DNA from: Lama guanicoe
Lineage: Eukaryota
Assembly (NCBI GenBank): GCA_013239625.1
Contig: MU053934.1
Location: forward strand, 3,614,399 to 3,678,398
Length of the DNA: 64,000 nucleotides
Direction: 5' to 3'
Positions 23,941-64,000 of this stretch are shown here, in pieces. The stretch's first letter is position 1, and every line of letters begins with the position of its first letter. The translations under genes were made by a program, and so were the position numbers. A model generated the notes under the pieces. The model was not told where the DNA came from and did no database searches. It saw only the letters and a list, made by a program, of their open reading frames with translations.

Positions 23941-26900
23941 TGCCATTAAAAAAACAATATAAGTTTATTAATAAGTGATGGAGTGCTTTAAATCCTTTCT
24001 AGAATGCAGCCTCACAGAATGAATAAATGATGAGGGATTCAGGATCTCCAGCAAACGGAAAGTGTAGGTTTGTCTGCACAGGTTCTTCCTAACAGTGGCC
24101 TTTCATCCCCACCCCAAGCCCAGCCGACTGGAGATGGGCTGGCCGGTGCTGTTGCTTGGGGTCAGGAGCTGGCCTCAGGAAGAGGCTGAGATGGGGACAG
24201 GGGGCGGCCAATCTGAAGATCCAAAGCCTGATCAGAAATCTTCTGGACGGAGAGGTTTCCAGGAGGAAGCAGGCTATGGGAAATGACAAGTTATCATGGT
24301 TCCGGTGGCTCCACATTCTTGTCAAGCCTGAAGCTAAAAAACTCAGCTTTCCTGATTTCGAGTCCCACCTTGCCCCCATCCGGCCACTGGATTAAGGTCA
24401 AAGCACCTCCCTCCTGTCCCCATCCTCCTTCCCATATCTTTCTCTGGGGCTAGAGGTCCTGGAGGGTGGACTTCTCTACTCCCTGGTCCGGCCTGGGAAG
24501 TGACAGGGGGCCTATGTAGGTGCAAGTCCTGATGCTGCTCTCTGAAAAGCTGGGAAATTTCCACCACGTTGCTTAAATTCTCTGAGCCTCTGCTTCCTCC
24601 TCAGTCAAATGGAGAGAGTGGTTCTCCCTGCACCTGCCTCCCAGGGCCCTTCTAAGTCTCAGCACATAAAGCCGTAGATTATGATGCACGAGTTCAGGGT
24701 TACTCTTGTCCATCCCAGTCGTGAAGCATCGTGTCACCTGGGGATGAGGTGCACTATTTAGAGGAAAAACAACTCACTCAGAGCATCTACCGAGAAGTCT
24801 CACTTTCTGTTTCAGACAGGAAGAGCTGACTTGCTCACAGTTCCGTGTAGACAATCAGGTAAGTGGGAGACAAACAGTCCTTTTCTGGTGTCTGATGGCC
24901 TTGACAGGAGGGCTGACCTTCTGGCTCCCTGAAACGCCAACAGCCTGACAGCTCCTTCCTTGTCACTTAGTCCTAGAGGAGAGGTGACCTTCCTGAGTCA
25001 AGCTCAGAAACCGTTTCCACCCTGCCTGCTTTTCACTTGCAGAGCTGGCTGGGTTGATACTGAGGGGCAGTTGGGAGAGCTCCTGCCCCTGTTCTCCCCT
25101 GGAAGCCCCCAGGCACCCCTAAAGAGTCCAAGCACACACAGGGGCTGGTTTTGCAGACCCAACTCTAAATCAGGCCCCCTGGCTTCCCTCCCACTCCTTC
25201 CTGCCAGATTTCTGCCTCTGAGCTTCTCCTGCAAAGTAAAAGGAGCCCAGTTATTAGGGCCTTAAATGCTGTATCGGCACCCTCACACCAACCCAGTTAG
25301 CCTTCGGGAAGAACCCCTGTACCCATCCCATTTATTGCAGTCGGAAGTGAGCTAGGAGCCTTGCGGGCTAGGGCTGCTGGAGGCTGTGGACCTGGGGTCC
25401 CTGGGAGAGTTCTTGCTCACCAAGCTCGCAGGTATGTAAAAGTGAATGAACTTCCAGGGAAAATGAAGTGTGCAGTGGTGAACCGCTGAAGTGGATTTTA
25501 ACCTCTCAGAGTCTTATCCTCATCAGTAAATGGGGATAACGTGAAGCTCATACAGTTGTGAGAAATCAAAGACGTGACGTACATTAACAAGAAAAACACC
25601 ACACACGTACACATACACACATCTCGCATATGGTTAGTGCGCAGTAGAGGTTAGCTCTCAATATTCTTAAGGATCTCACAGTCCAATGGGGAGAGACACA
25701 GATACACAAATAAATGCCACACAATGTGAGCAACTGTCCAAATGCCACTTCCTCCATGCAGCCTTCAGGCATATACTCTCAGTCCCCGGCCAGGAGACGA
25801 GAGGCTCCTTATGGAAGTGCTGTAGCATTTCACCCATCTCTATATCATGCCTCTTGTCTTTCTGTGACTGTTTATTGTAATTGTTTACATGTCTGTCTTT
25901 CACACTGGTCTGCCAGCCCCTTCAGGGCAGGCATGTGGAAATTCCTCTCTGAAGTCAGCCAGGATATCCCTTCTAGTTTCCATCTAATTCAGTGGGATTC
26001 TATGAGAAGGTCTGGAGTTGTGGTTTTTGTCTGGGTCTATCAGGGAAGGCTTCAGGGGGGAGGTGATATATGAGCTGGGGCTTGAAGCCTGTGTAGGATT
26101 TGGAACAGCAGCAACAGGCATTTCAGTGGAAGCCAAAAGGGGTAAGGGTTAGTGTGGCAGGCTGACACCTCCCTGGCATAGCACGGAGAGTAAGGGGCAG
26201 GGGAATAGGGTTCAGAGGAATAGGGTTCCATCCCAGCTCCCCCTTTAACTGCCTCTACCACCCTGGGCAAGCACCTCCCCTCCTTGGGCCCCCGTCTCCC
26301 CTCTCAGTATACTGAGGGGCTTTACTCCCTAAGGGCCCTTTCCAGCCTGGATTTTTCCATGGCTTCTTTGACCTGTCCCCCTTCCTGGGACAGAACCAGA
26401 AGGCAAAGTGTGAGTACTTCCCAGCTCAGAGAGTACCCTCCCAGTAACGGGCAGTGCGTGGTCCTCTCTGCTCTGGAGGGTTCATTTGGAGGACTGATTC
26501 ATTTTAGGGTAAGGATGCAAACCTACTTGGCCAGTCCCAGACGAATTTTCCAGAATGTATGTGGGGAGCAGTAGGGTCTGCGGAGAACGGAGAAGGGCTT
26601 GGAATAGCTGCCTATCTTCAGACATCGCTGGGATTCCAGGGGGCCCAGGCCTCATCCAGGCGGGCTGGGACCTGGGCATGGGGTGCTGTCCTGGCATGCT
26701 CAGGGCATGCCTCTGGCCCAGCGAGGACAGAGCAGACCTTCGGAGCAGCTGCCACTCCTGCCACCCCACGGCTCCCCCCAAGCCCTGGCTTCCAGGTCCC
26801 ACAATGCTCCTATTGTCCACAGCCCTGCCAGGCTGTCCCCCAGGGAGCAGCTCGGAGCCAAGGGCCTGGATAGGGCCCTGCTGCCTGGGACATGGCCTGG

Positions 26901-27314
26901 AGAAAAAAGCCCAGTGATCAGACCCACATGGAACCTGGAGTCAGAGAAGCTTAGAAAAATGAAATCCTAAAATTCGAAGACCACAGCAGCTGAGGCTCCA
27001 GGCTGTCCGGACTGGAGGCGTGGAACATTCACAAAGTCCTATTTCCTCATCAGTTATTGTTTTTATTATGAAGTGATGCTTGCTCTACCTGACTGACCCG
27101 GATTTCCTGTCACCCAGTGATCTGCTGTGGCCCTGGCGCTGTGTGGGCAAATTTCCTCTTATTTGGCGCTAGTTTGGTTTTAAAATTAGAGCCTGATTTG
27201 CTTCTAGCACCCTTAATTAAACTGCAATGTTGTGTTGGTGTGAGAAAGTTAATTTGTTTTTTCAAGTGACTGCTTAATTTTATGACTAGAGTGAGAGTCT
27301 AAAAATTAATCGGC

Positions 27315-27575
27315 AACAAATATTGTACAATTCCACTTATATGAGGAGCCTTGAGTAGTCAAATACATAGAAAGTAGAATAGGGGTTGCCAGGGGATGGC
27401 GGGGGAGGGCGGATTGGGAGTGAGTGCTACTGGGTATAGAGTTCGGGGGGTCATGAAAATATATTAAAGGAAATAATAGTGATAGTTACATAACTTCGTG
27501 AATATACTAAATACCGCTGAATTGTACACGTCACAAGAGTGAATTTTATGGTATGTGAGTTATACCTCAAAGCTG
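27315..27575 (+). mobile_element. Old L1 3' fragment
   Basis: caaatattgtacaattccacttatatgagg...gaaagtagaataggggttgccagggg...gtgaatatactaaataccgctgaattgtacac. Confidence 0.7.
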
Positions 27576-30500
27576 TGCATTTCAAGTTATGCCTGCCATT
27601 GTTACAAATTCAAACCATGATGACTCGTAAAAAGTGAGCCTGCCACACCCCCATCTCACTCATGCCACACTGACAGCATTTGGGCAAGTTTTTTTTCCCC
27701 TTTCTTCCTGATGTTTTGAAATTCCATATATCTGCACATGTAAATGTTTATATATATAAATACATATGATATATGTAATATATGTATACATATAATTTTT
27801 TTTGCAAAAAATATTAATCTGTTATTCTGCAGCTTGCTGGTTTCACTTTTTTCACTTCTTCTGAGGATGTATTTCCATGGTCCTCTTGTTAGCAGCTGGG
27901 TGGTTTTCTGTTTTCCAGCTGTGTTGAAACTTAGTTACCCTGTCCCTCACTAATGAACATGTAGGTTGTTCCTAGTGCTTTGCTGTTAGCGAACAATGAC
28001 CATCTTTGTATGTACATCTTGGGGCCCCTGGGATAGTATTTCTGGAGGATAGAATCCTAGAAACAGGCTGCTACATCAGAGGGTGGGGAAATCTCTACGT
28101 TTTATAGATGAGGACATTGAACCTTAGATAGGTGGCATCTTTGTACAGGGTCTCCCAGCAAGTCAGCGGCAAAGAGAGGAAGTGGTGTGTGAAGTGGGAC
28201 CAGCCAGGCATCACCTCCCACCCCCAGGAACACAGAAACACACATGGACCTCTGGCTCTGACAGTGAAGTACCCCTACCCCTGGCCTCTGAACAGGTGCA
28301 GAATCAGGTAGACTCAAAAGCCAGAGGTTCCCAGCGGCAATGATGACATTCTTTCACCTCTTAGCCTCTCCAGGTCCCCTCCATGGCCATTCCTCTCCTG
28401 TCATCTTTCTGAAATTTACCTTGAGATAGATCTGTGTGGGAAAATAAATGGAAGCAGTAGGTGCTGGTCATTCATTCACTCCATCATTCCCACCAATGCT
28501 CATTCTACGTTAGCTTCTCCCACTCTCAATGGGTTTTTTTTTTGTTTTTTTGTTTGTTTCCTTTCATCCTGCCTTTCTTTGCACCTCACCTCCCTCCATC
28601 ACAGCAAAGCAGGTTGACAGGAAGAATGGGATACTCTTTCCCAGAATAGTCAGGGGCCTCCTTTGGACACCTGTTATTCCCTGGGTTTCCGTTTCCCTTG
28701 CCCCTTATCATGCTGGACAAAGAGTGTCCAGTAGTCTGTCTCAGTCACCACACCAGCCACCTCTCCCCTGCTATCATCCTGCCCTGCGCTGTTACTGGGA
28801 ATAAATTAGAAAGGATTTGAACTACCTTCAGTGACATCTCTCACTAGCTTGCATTCCACTTGCTTTCTTAGGGGGTGGGTATCATTCAGTTCAAATGTCC
28901 CCACCACAAAGGTCTGCCCTGGTCACTCCATCTGCTTCCATGGTTCTCTATCACAGCCTCTTCCTTTATTTTTTTCCAAGCACCTTTCACCATCTGAAAT
29001 GATCTTCGTTGATTTATTTATTTGTTCCCTGCCTGTCTTTCCCACTAGAATGTGAGTTCCATGAGGGCAGGGACCCTGTCTTGTTCATTCCTAGTCTCCC
29101 CTTGAGCACCCCAGCTGAGGAGCAGATGCTCAGTAAATATTTGTTGAATCCGTGTCTGAATTTAAATGTGTGCACAGGGTCTGGAAGGCCTAACTTCAAA
29201 CTGACCATGGTGGCTACTTCTTAGGAGAGGACTGGGATTGAGGGAGACAGTCAAGTAGGAACTTTAGTTTTCTTTTGTTTTCACATTTTTGATAAGGAGA
29301 ATGTATTTACTTACTCAGATAGTTAAAAAAAACCAAAACAAACCACCAAATGAAGGGCCCAAATCCCTGGGTCTTAATCCTGAAATTATGGCATGATTTG
29401 GGGTCAGTGACCTGACTTGCCTAGCCATCTGTGGCTTCTGACATCACCTGTAAACATAGTCCCACCTCCCACCTGAACCCTGGATTTCTTGTCTGCACAG
29501 CATTTTTCCATTCATTATCTCACCTGATTACCCAAAACCTTGGGACACAGGAAAGGCACAGATTATTATCCCAATTTTATAGGGTAAGAAATTGGGATTC
29601 ATAGGGGTGAGCTGTCTGGCCTGCAGTCACGTAGGCCCTTACATACTATCATGGTGAACTGACTCAGATAACTGGGGCCCGGAGGCTGGGCCAGGTAAGC
29701 TATCATTATGGCAACGGGATCAAGATCAGAAATGGAGCTGTCTTCAGGGACCTGAAGGGAGCCCCTTAGGCTGGGAAGGGCAGGAATATTATAATCCCTT
29801 TTGGGTTTTTTTTCCCCCCCTCTTGGATTTTAATGAAGCATACTGGTGGTCTTTGAAGGCCAAGGTGGGTGCTGGTATCAGGGTCCTGAGCCCCAATCCC
29901 TGATTTAATGAGAGCACTTGGAACCCTCCTTTCTTAGAGCTACTTTCCACAGGAACAGGGCAAGAGGCGGCAGTGAAGGGCTGGTGAGGGGCCAAAAGGA
30001 CTGGCCTGGGAGAGTCTACACTCTGCGCCCAGATGGTGGCCTTCTAGCCTCTGACAGATCCAGGGTGTGAGGCTGACCCAAGTGGGCAAGCTGGGGTCCC
30101 CCACCCTGGGTCATAATTGTATTCTGGGCTGGGACTCAGTAAACATTTGCAGAGATGAGATTTCTCAAGTCTGCCTCTTTCCTCGATAATTTACTCAGAA
30201 ATGTTCAGGAAACAAGCTGGGTATAAGATGTTTTCAATCCATTTTACCACATGTTTACCAAGAACCCAGTATCAATAGCTAGAATGTATGAGTGATGGCC
30301 AATGGTGAGGCACAGTACCTCTTACTCTCTCAGCCACTTTGTAAAGCAGGAATTATCCCCATTTTTAAGATGTGGAAACTGAGCTTCTTGGAGACACAAG
30401 ACCACACGGCTGAGTGAGTAGGGAAACCAGGATTTAAGCCTGGGTCTATATGACTCCCAAACCCCTGTTCTTTCCATTCCTCTGAGGGCTTATGGTTGAC

Positions 30501-31108
30501 AGACATTAAGTAGGACCCTGCTCCTTCCTTTGGGGAGTGGTGTGACAGACTCATCCCAGCTAACTACTGCACTGGTCAGAGTGACATCACCGCAATGGCA
30601 GCCTAGTAGAAGCTGATTCATCACCTGGGATCAGGAGAGGCCTCTGGGGAGGGTGGCTGTCCCAGGTCTTGATGGGGGAGCAGGAGAATGAGGCTGGGAG
30701 GATCCAAGGCCAAACACCCAATGTCCCAACAGACAAGGGCCTGCTTCCCATAGGTCCTTCCCCTGGGAGCCCAACCCACTACCACTCTAATCAGGATGCC
30801 CCAGTGGGGAGGGGGCAGATCCCTGCAGGACCCGTTGTTACACTCACTGAGTGGACACCTAGACCAGCACTGCTGGGGGTTGGGAGGCTGGGAGTATGGA
30901 GTTTCCCTGTCAAGCTCTAGGGGGTAGGGGATGGCGGCAGACAGAGCTACCTGGAAATCGGGTGTGTTCTGGAGTGGTGACACAGTGTGAGGGAAGTTAG
31001 TGGTCATCTTGGGGTGCTTTGGGGTCTGCAGGGAAACTGCCTAAGGTGGGGGGAATGCCTCCCCAAAGTTTCAGGCCAGGGGAATGTGGGAGATTTGCAA
31101 GTCCTTCA

Positions 31109-54070
<22,962 letters not shown>

Positions 54071-55322
54071 CAGCATGCCGCCAGCTGGGGGCCCCACCCC
54101 TCCTGGCTTGGCCCTGGGCTGTGCTCTGCTGGGAGCACCCCGCTGCCTTCAGGATCAGCTGAGAGGAAAGATGACTTAAGGGAAGGGGGCTTCTTGGTGA
54201 CAGCCTCTCCCTCCTCAGGGTCCTCTGCCTGGTCTGGGCCAAAGAGTTTTCTTCCCTCTCCTCTGAGCCCCAGGCGGCTTCAGTTGCGCCCAGCCTGGTT
54301 CTGACGACTCCAGATGCTGTGACCATCCCCAGGAGCAAGCCGGATCTGGGCCCGGGTCTGGATTTGGGTCTGGGAGCGGCAGCCGCTGAGCACACCCGCC
54401 CCTCGTCCCGCTCAGCCTCTGCCGAGCCGGGTAGCTCCTTGGACCCTCTTCTCTTTGTGCCACATCCAGATGGCAGCCTTACCTGTCAGAGTCTTTGGGT
54501 CTGTCTTTTGGGCCGATGGTAGCCCTCCGGCTTGGGTGTCTTGCCTCATGGGCTCTCCCCTCTCGGCAGGCCGGTGAGCAGGGCTCGGCTGCACTGGCTT
54601 CTTCCCGCCCTGGTCCTGGTTCTGAAACTTCCTTTCAATGCGGGCGGCCCTGACTCCGTTTCTCCTCACTCAGGAGCTCTATTTATGAAGTCTCTTAATT
54701 AAGTTGGAGGTAGTTACTGTGTTCTCAGATGCGAATGGGCCTGATGGACAAATCCCTTCCTCTGTTCCTGGAAGTTCTAGGAGGTTCTTCCCTCATCTCC
54801 CCTTGTTCTGCAGGAAATCTCACTTCCCAGGACGTGGGGCTCTGATGGCCGTGCTGGGGTGGGTGGGTGCCTGGATGCTGAGTCCCCCAGGGTGGGCCTT
54901 GGAGAGTTCTGATCCCTGACCCTCAGCCAGATCAGCAGCAGGGGTGTGCTGCCCGTAGGTGCTAATCCTGGTCCTGTACCACACGGTAGCCTGGCCCTCC
55001 TGTCCGCCCTTCCCCGCCACCCCAGGGCTGGGGCATGGTGCACCCACTCTGGGTGGTCACTGCTAGTGTGTCTCCTCATGTTCGTCTGTTGTCCGTTCTC
55101 TCCCACCGAAGGACTGACGGCTGCTCACTCCTTGGGATGGCTGTGGGAGAGGAGCCGCGGATGGGGACCACCACCGTACCCCCGGGAATGTGCCCAACAG
55201 CTCTTGGTCAAAGCACTGTTGCTCTAAGCTATGTCTGGGGTGTGTCTAGGGCCCCTTGCCCTCAGCACACCTCTTGTGGAAAGATCGCACTGTATTAACT
55301 TGAGAGGGTTTTCCTCACTGAC

Positions 55323-55328
55323 AATAAA
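55323..55328 (+). terminator. MICALL1 proximal poly(A) signal AATAAA
   Basis: Canonical hexamer ~1.25 kb after the stop, with GU-rich gttgctggtgt downstream. Confidence 0.7.
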
Positions 55329-56697
55329 CAGAGACCACCTCTAGTTGCTGGTGTCCTGCAGCCTTGGGGTGCCTTCCCCTCGCCAGGTCTGCTGTCTTCC
55401 CTGCCTTGGCCGCGCCTCGTGGCCCGCCTGTCTGATTGCCCAGGAGGGTGTGGAAGGGCTGCCACCGACACGGGCGGGACCGCTTCCTCTGCAGGGAAGG
55501 TGGCTCCCACACCTGTGCAGCCCGGCCTCTCCTTCCAAACGTGCCTGTTGAGGACCTGGAGCTGGGGTCACCAACTCCAGTACCTTCCAGGGGCCAGGCA
55601 AGTGACACCCATGAACCAGGCTGGGCTCTGTCAGGCTGACTTGATTTCGGGGGACTTGGTGGTGGGGACTGGGGTGATCTGGGGTGGATATGCCGCAGCC
55701 AGAGGGGGAGGTTCTTTTTCCCTTAAGTCAAATGTAGCATGTGGGGATGTCAGCCCAGTGGGGCCTGACCTTTCCATTTTTCAAAAGAAACTAGAAATCC
55801 AGACGGTGTTTGTGTAATTTGTAAATGTTGGCAACTGATCTGAATTTAAACCAAGGGTAGGTTGCTGTGGTGTCACAGGTGGGCTGAATTTGTCCTGGGT
55901 CCTCCAGCTCGCTGCCTCTGGGCCACGTGCTGCGGCCTCTGAGGTGGACGGCGGCTGTCCTCGTCACGTTGCACGCTCGGTCCTCAGGTTCTGGAGGGTG
56001 TGTGTGGAGACAGGCTTCCCATGGAATGTTCTGGAGCCAACCCTTGATCTGGTCCTCACTGTTTATTTGCTTGAGGCTGCAGGGCCATGTTTATTCTGCA
56101 AACCCGAACTTGGGTCATGTGGCCTGAGAGGATTATATGAATCCCTCCAAGTGGGAGGGTTGGTTGAAATCTCTAAAATACTTTGATTTATGGGGACAGC
56201 AAAATGACAGAATCCGGGAGAGCGTAGGGCTTGTGGTTGTCAGAAGACATGGGGACTGCCCTGTGCTGTGTGCCAGGCCCACGGCGCTGTCCCTGCGGGC
56301 GGGTGTCTCAGGAGCCGTCAGAGCTGAGGCTGCGGGGCCTAGACCACATGGGCTGGGAGTGGAACTCCAAGCCCAGGGCCCCCTCAGTCTGGGTCCCTTC
56401 CACCCCTTTGGGCTTCCTTCTATGGGCTGTGGGTTTGGTGGGAAGACAGAAAGCTAACCTTTAATCCTGAGTAAGCTGCTTGTTAAAAGACTCTGGCCAT
56501 AGTATCTCTGTGAGCCCCAGTTTTTACCGAGGGATAATCAGCCATCTCAGGTGTTTATTGAGAGAATCAGCCGAGAGTGATCTTGGCACCCGCCGCAGCG
56601 CCTGGCCGTGGGGTGCTCAGAAACGCTGGTTCCTGTTTTCACTTGAAGTATGCAAACAACTAGAAACCACCTGGGCTTGAAAAATTCTAACCCCTTG

Positions 56698-56703
56698 AAT
56701 AAA
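56698..56703 (+). terminator. Candidate MICALL1 distal poly(A) signal AATAAA
   Basis: Canonical hexamer followed by ggtatgtgt and gtgttttatt GU/U-rich elements. Confidence 0.5.
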
Positions 56704-56760
56704 TAAGACTTATCCCTGAGAAAACAAAATGGTATGTGTAATGACCTCTGTTAAACGTGT

Positions 56761-56766
56761 TTTATT
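56761..56766 (-). terminator. Candidate C22orf23 poly(A) signal AATAAA (minus strand)
   Basis: TTTATT on + about 360 nt past the C22orf23 stop, with a U-rich element (ttttgttttct) downstream on the minus strand. Confidence 0.6.
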
Positions 56767-57124
56767 GGCCAGTTAATCACAGTGGTTAAACATTTGCCCA
56801 AGGTGGTAAGAAGTCATATAAGTAGGTCCTAAGACAGGTAGGAAGAAAGGAGTCATTCATTCCTAAGTTCAGAGAATCAAATGTGGAGGACATGGGGACA
56901 CACAGTGGGTGAGGTGGTGGGAAGAGGGCCCAGTGGCCACCCTTAGACCCACGCCCGAGATGGTGAGACCTGGGCCTTGCTTTCACTGTGTATGGGGGGA
57001 CTCTTCCTCTGAGAAAAGACTCCAAGTCGTGTGTCTTGGTGCGTGTCTGTATCTGTGACTGGTCTCAGAGGCTCAGCTGACCTGGGATCCCTGGGCCAGG
57101 TATCCAGGAGAATCAGTCTACTTT

Positions 57125-62516
<5,392 letters not shown>

Positions 62517-62779
62517 GGGGGGACTCTGAGGAGGGAAAAACGCAACGACACATCTCCTGTCTCTTAGGTCCAATCTCTGTTCCCGCAACCCCAAGTTTGG
62601 GAGCGGGGGTCGGGTCGCAAGAGAATCGTGACACCGCGCGTCAATATCGCAACAGTGCCCGATTCTCCCACCCTCAACAGACCTCATCCTGACCTGGCGC
62701 CTGTGTCAGGGAAGCCCGCTCTGGAGGAAGGGGGCGTTAGGGAAGCCGTTCCCGTTGGGTGATACGTCCAAACTAAAAC

Positions 62780-63131
62780 CTCACCCTAAAGTAAGACCCC
62801 GCCTGGGTGGCCCCTCCTCACAGAGGCTGCTGAGCTCCGGAGATCGTAACCACGTCTCTGCAGCTGCACCTGCGCTGGCGCCCCGCAGAAATACTTCTCC
62901 GATCTCTGCAACTAGAGCCTGCGACTTGCTGCTCCGGCTACCATGGTAACGCGAACACGCCGCTCGACGCATGCGCTCGTTTATCGCCCCGGCCAGCCTC
63001 CCGGAAGTGATTGCCTCTGGGTCACGGCGCAGGCGCAGAGTACGCGCGGCGCCGCTCGAGGCGGAGGCGCGGTGTCTGTGGGCCTCCGCGCGGGTCTGGG
63101 GAGAGAGCCAGGTAGCTGCGGCCCAGGCGTC
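62780..63131. promoter_or_regulatory. Bidirectional CpG promoter shared by C22orf23 (-) and POLR2F (+)
   Basis: CpG-rich. ETS/GABPA CCGGAAGTG at 63001-63009, NRF1-like CGCATGCGC at 62968-62976 and GCGCAGGCGCA at 63027-63037, X-box-like GCTACCATGGTAAC at 62937-62950. The two ATGs are ~615 bp apart. Confidence 0.85.
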
Positions 63132-63151
63132 ATGTCAGACAACGAGGACAA
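63132..63151 (+). CDS. POLR2F: RNA polymerase I/II/III subunit RPABC2 (RPB6), first coding exon, 3'-partial
   Basis: gcgtcATGTCAGACAACGAGGACAA|gtgagt = MSDNED(N), matching the POLR2F N-terminus and the expected synteny. Confidence 0.9.
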
Positions 63152-63706
63152 GTGAGTTCTGGAGCGAAATGCCTTTTGCGGAGCCTCGGAAGTGACGGGT
63201 GAAGCGGAAGCCTGGCTCGAAAGAAGTTGAGGAGCCAGGCGTGGAGGGGCAGTGTCTCAAGGGACTCGGGGGGCGCTGAGGGGGGCCGCGGAGCTGGAGA
63301 AGGGAAAGGCGGGGAACCGGCAGCATAGACCCGACCAGAGGCTTAGCACAGACAGGCCCTGGCTCGAGGGTCCAGAGAGGATCACTGAAAAGATACCTTT
63401 CAATAGACTTCCGCTAAGTCGGATTCTGTGTCTTGATTTGGACATACTGAGGTGTATTAGGCATAATCCCTGCTCTCCCAGTGGGATCCCTTTCTAGAAG
63501 AGGGGACATGTCCTTAGATAATACGGGGGCTTATCTGTGAATTGCATGGTAAAAGTATGTAGTATAGAAGTAATCCAGAGGAGAGTCTGGGGAGACTTTG
63601 AAGTGGTAAAAGTCTGGAGGCTTGCAGTAATTAGGTGAGAAAAGGTAGTGATTTGTCCCAGGGTCATAGTAGTAGAGGTAGTGAGAAGTGGTTTTGAATT
63701 CTGGAT

Positions 63707-63840
63707 TTTTTTGGGGGAGGGGAGGAGGTAATTACGTTTATTTATTTATTTTTTAATGGAGGTATTGGGGATTGAACCCAGGACCTCGTGCATGCAAAGC
63801 ACGCATGCTACCTCTGAGCTACACCCTTTCTTCTACCCCC
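63707..63840 (-). mobile_element. tRNA-Ala-derived SINE, more diverged copy, in POLR2F intron 1
   Basis: gaggtaattacgtttattta...ggggattgaacccaggacctcgtgcatgc...gagctacaccct. Confidence 0.8.
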
Positions 63841-64000
63841 GGATTTATTTTGAAGCTAAAGCCAGAAAGATTTCCTGATGTATGGGGTTGGAGGAGAGGT
63901 CTATTCTGAAGAGAAAAATCGGGGAGTCCTCAGCATAAGTATATTAGTCAAAGCTGAGAAACGGGAGATCATCAGGGAAGTGTCAGTAGAGAAGAGGAGA

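Noticed and set aside
30024..30040. CTCF-like gcgcccagatggtggcc upstream of MICALL1
   Set aside because: It needs a one-base insertion to fit the core consensus, which is too weak to call without a PWM scan.
62526..62687. Longer C22orf23 N-terminus from the ORF-track start at 62687
   Set aside because: A good acceptor (tttttccctcctcag) lies just before the ATG at 62516, so the upstream part is most likely intron.

Overview
Mammalian genomic DNA containing the syntenic EIF3L - MICALL1 - C22orf23 - POLR2F block known from human 22q13.1. tRNA-Ala-derived SINEs suggest a camelid. The window holds the last 10 coding exons of EIF3L (+, 482-18573), the complete 16-exon MICALL1 CDS (+, 31814-54070, 858 aa, CpG-island start), the complete C22orf23/UPF0193 CDS (-, 62516-57125, 263 aa) and the first coding exon of POLR2F (+, 63132-63151), head-to-head with C22orf23. 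I built all exon chains by hand from GT-AG sites, and every junction is phase-consistent. The rest is intronic or intergenic DNA rich in MIR, L2, L1, LTR and DNA-transposon remnants, and most entries in the ORF track are spurious. I found no convincing new multi-gene system. The best second-look items are a 107-bp tandem duplication of the MICALL1 exon 6 end and its splice donor, an apparent stop-loss plus N-terminal deletion in C22orf23, a ~160-nt intronic fold-back in EIF3L, back-to-back poly(A) signals between MICALL1 and C22orf23, and an RFX X-box in the bidirectional promoter. Comparisons with human proteins and repeat consensus sequences are from memory and need alignment.
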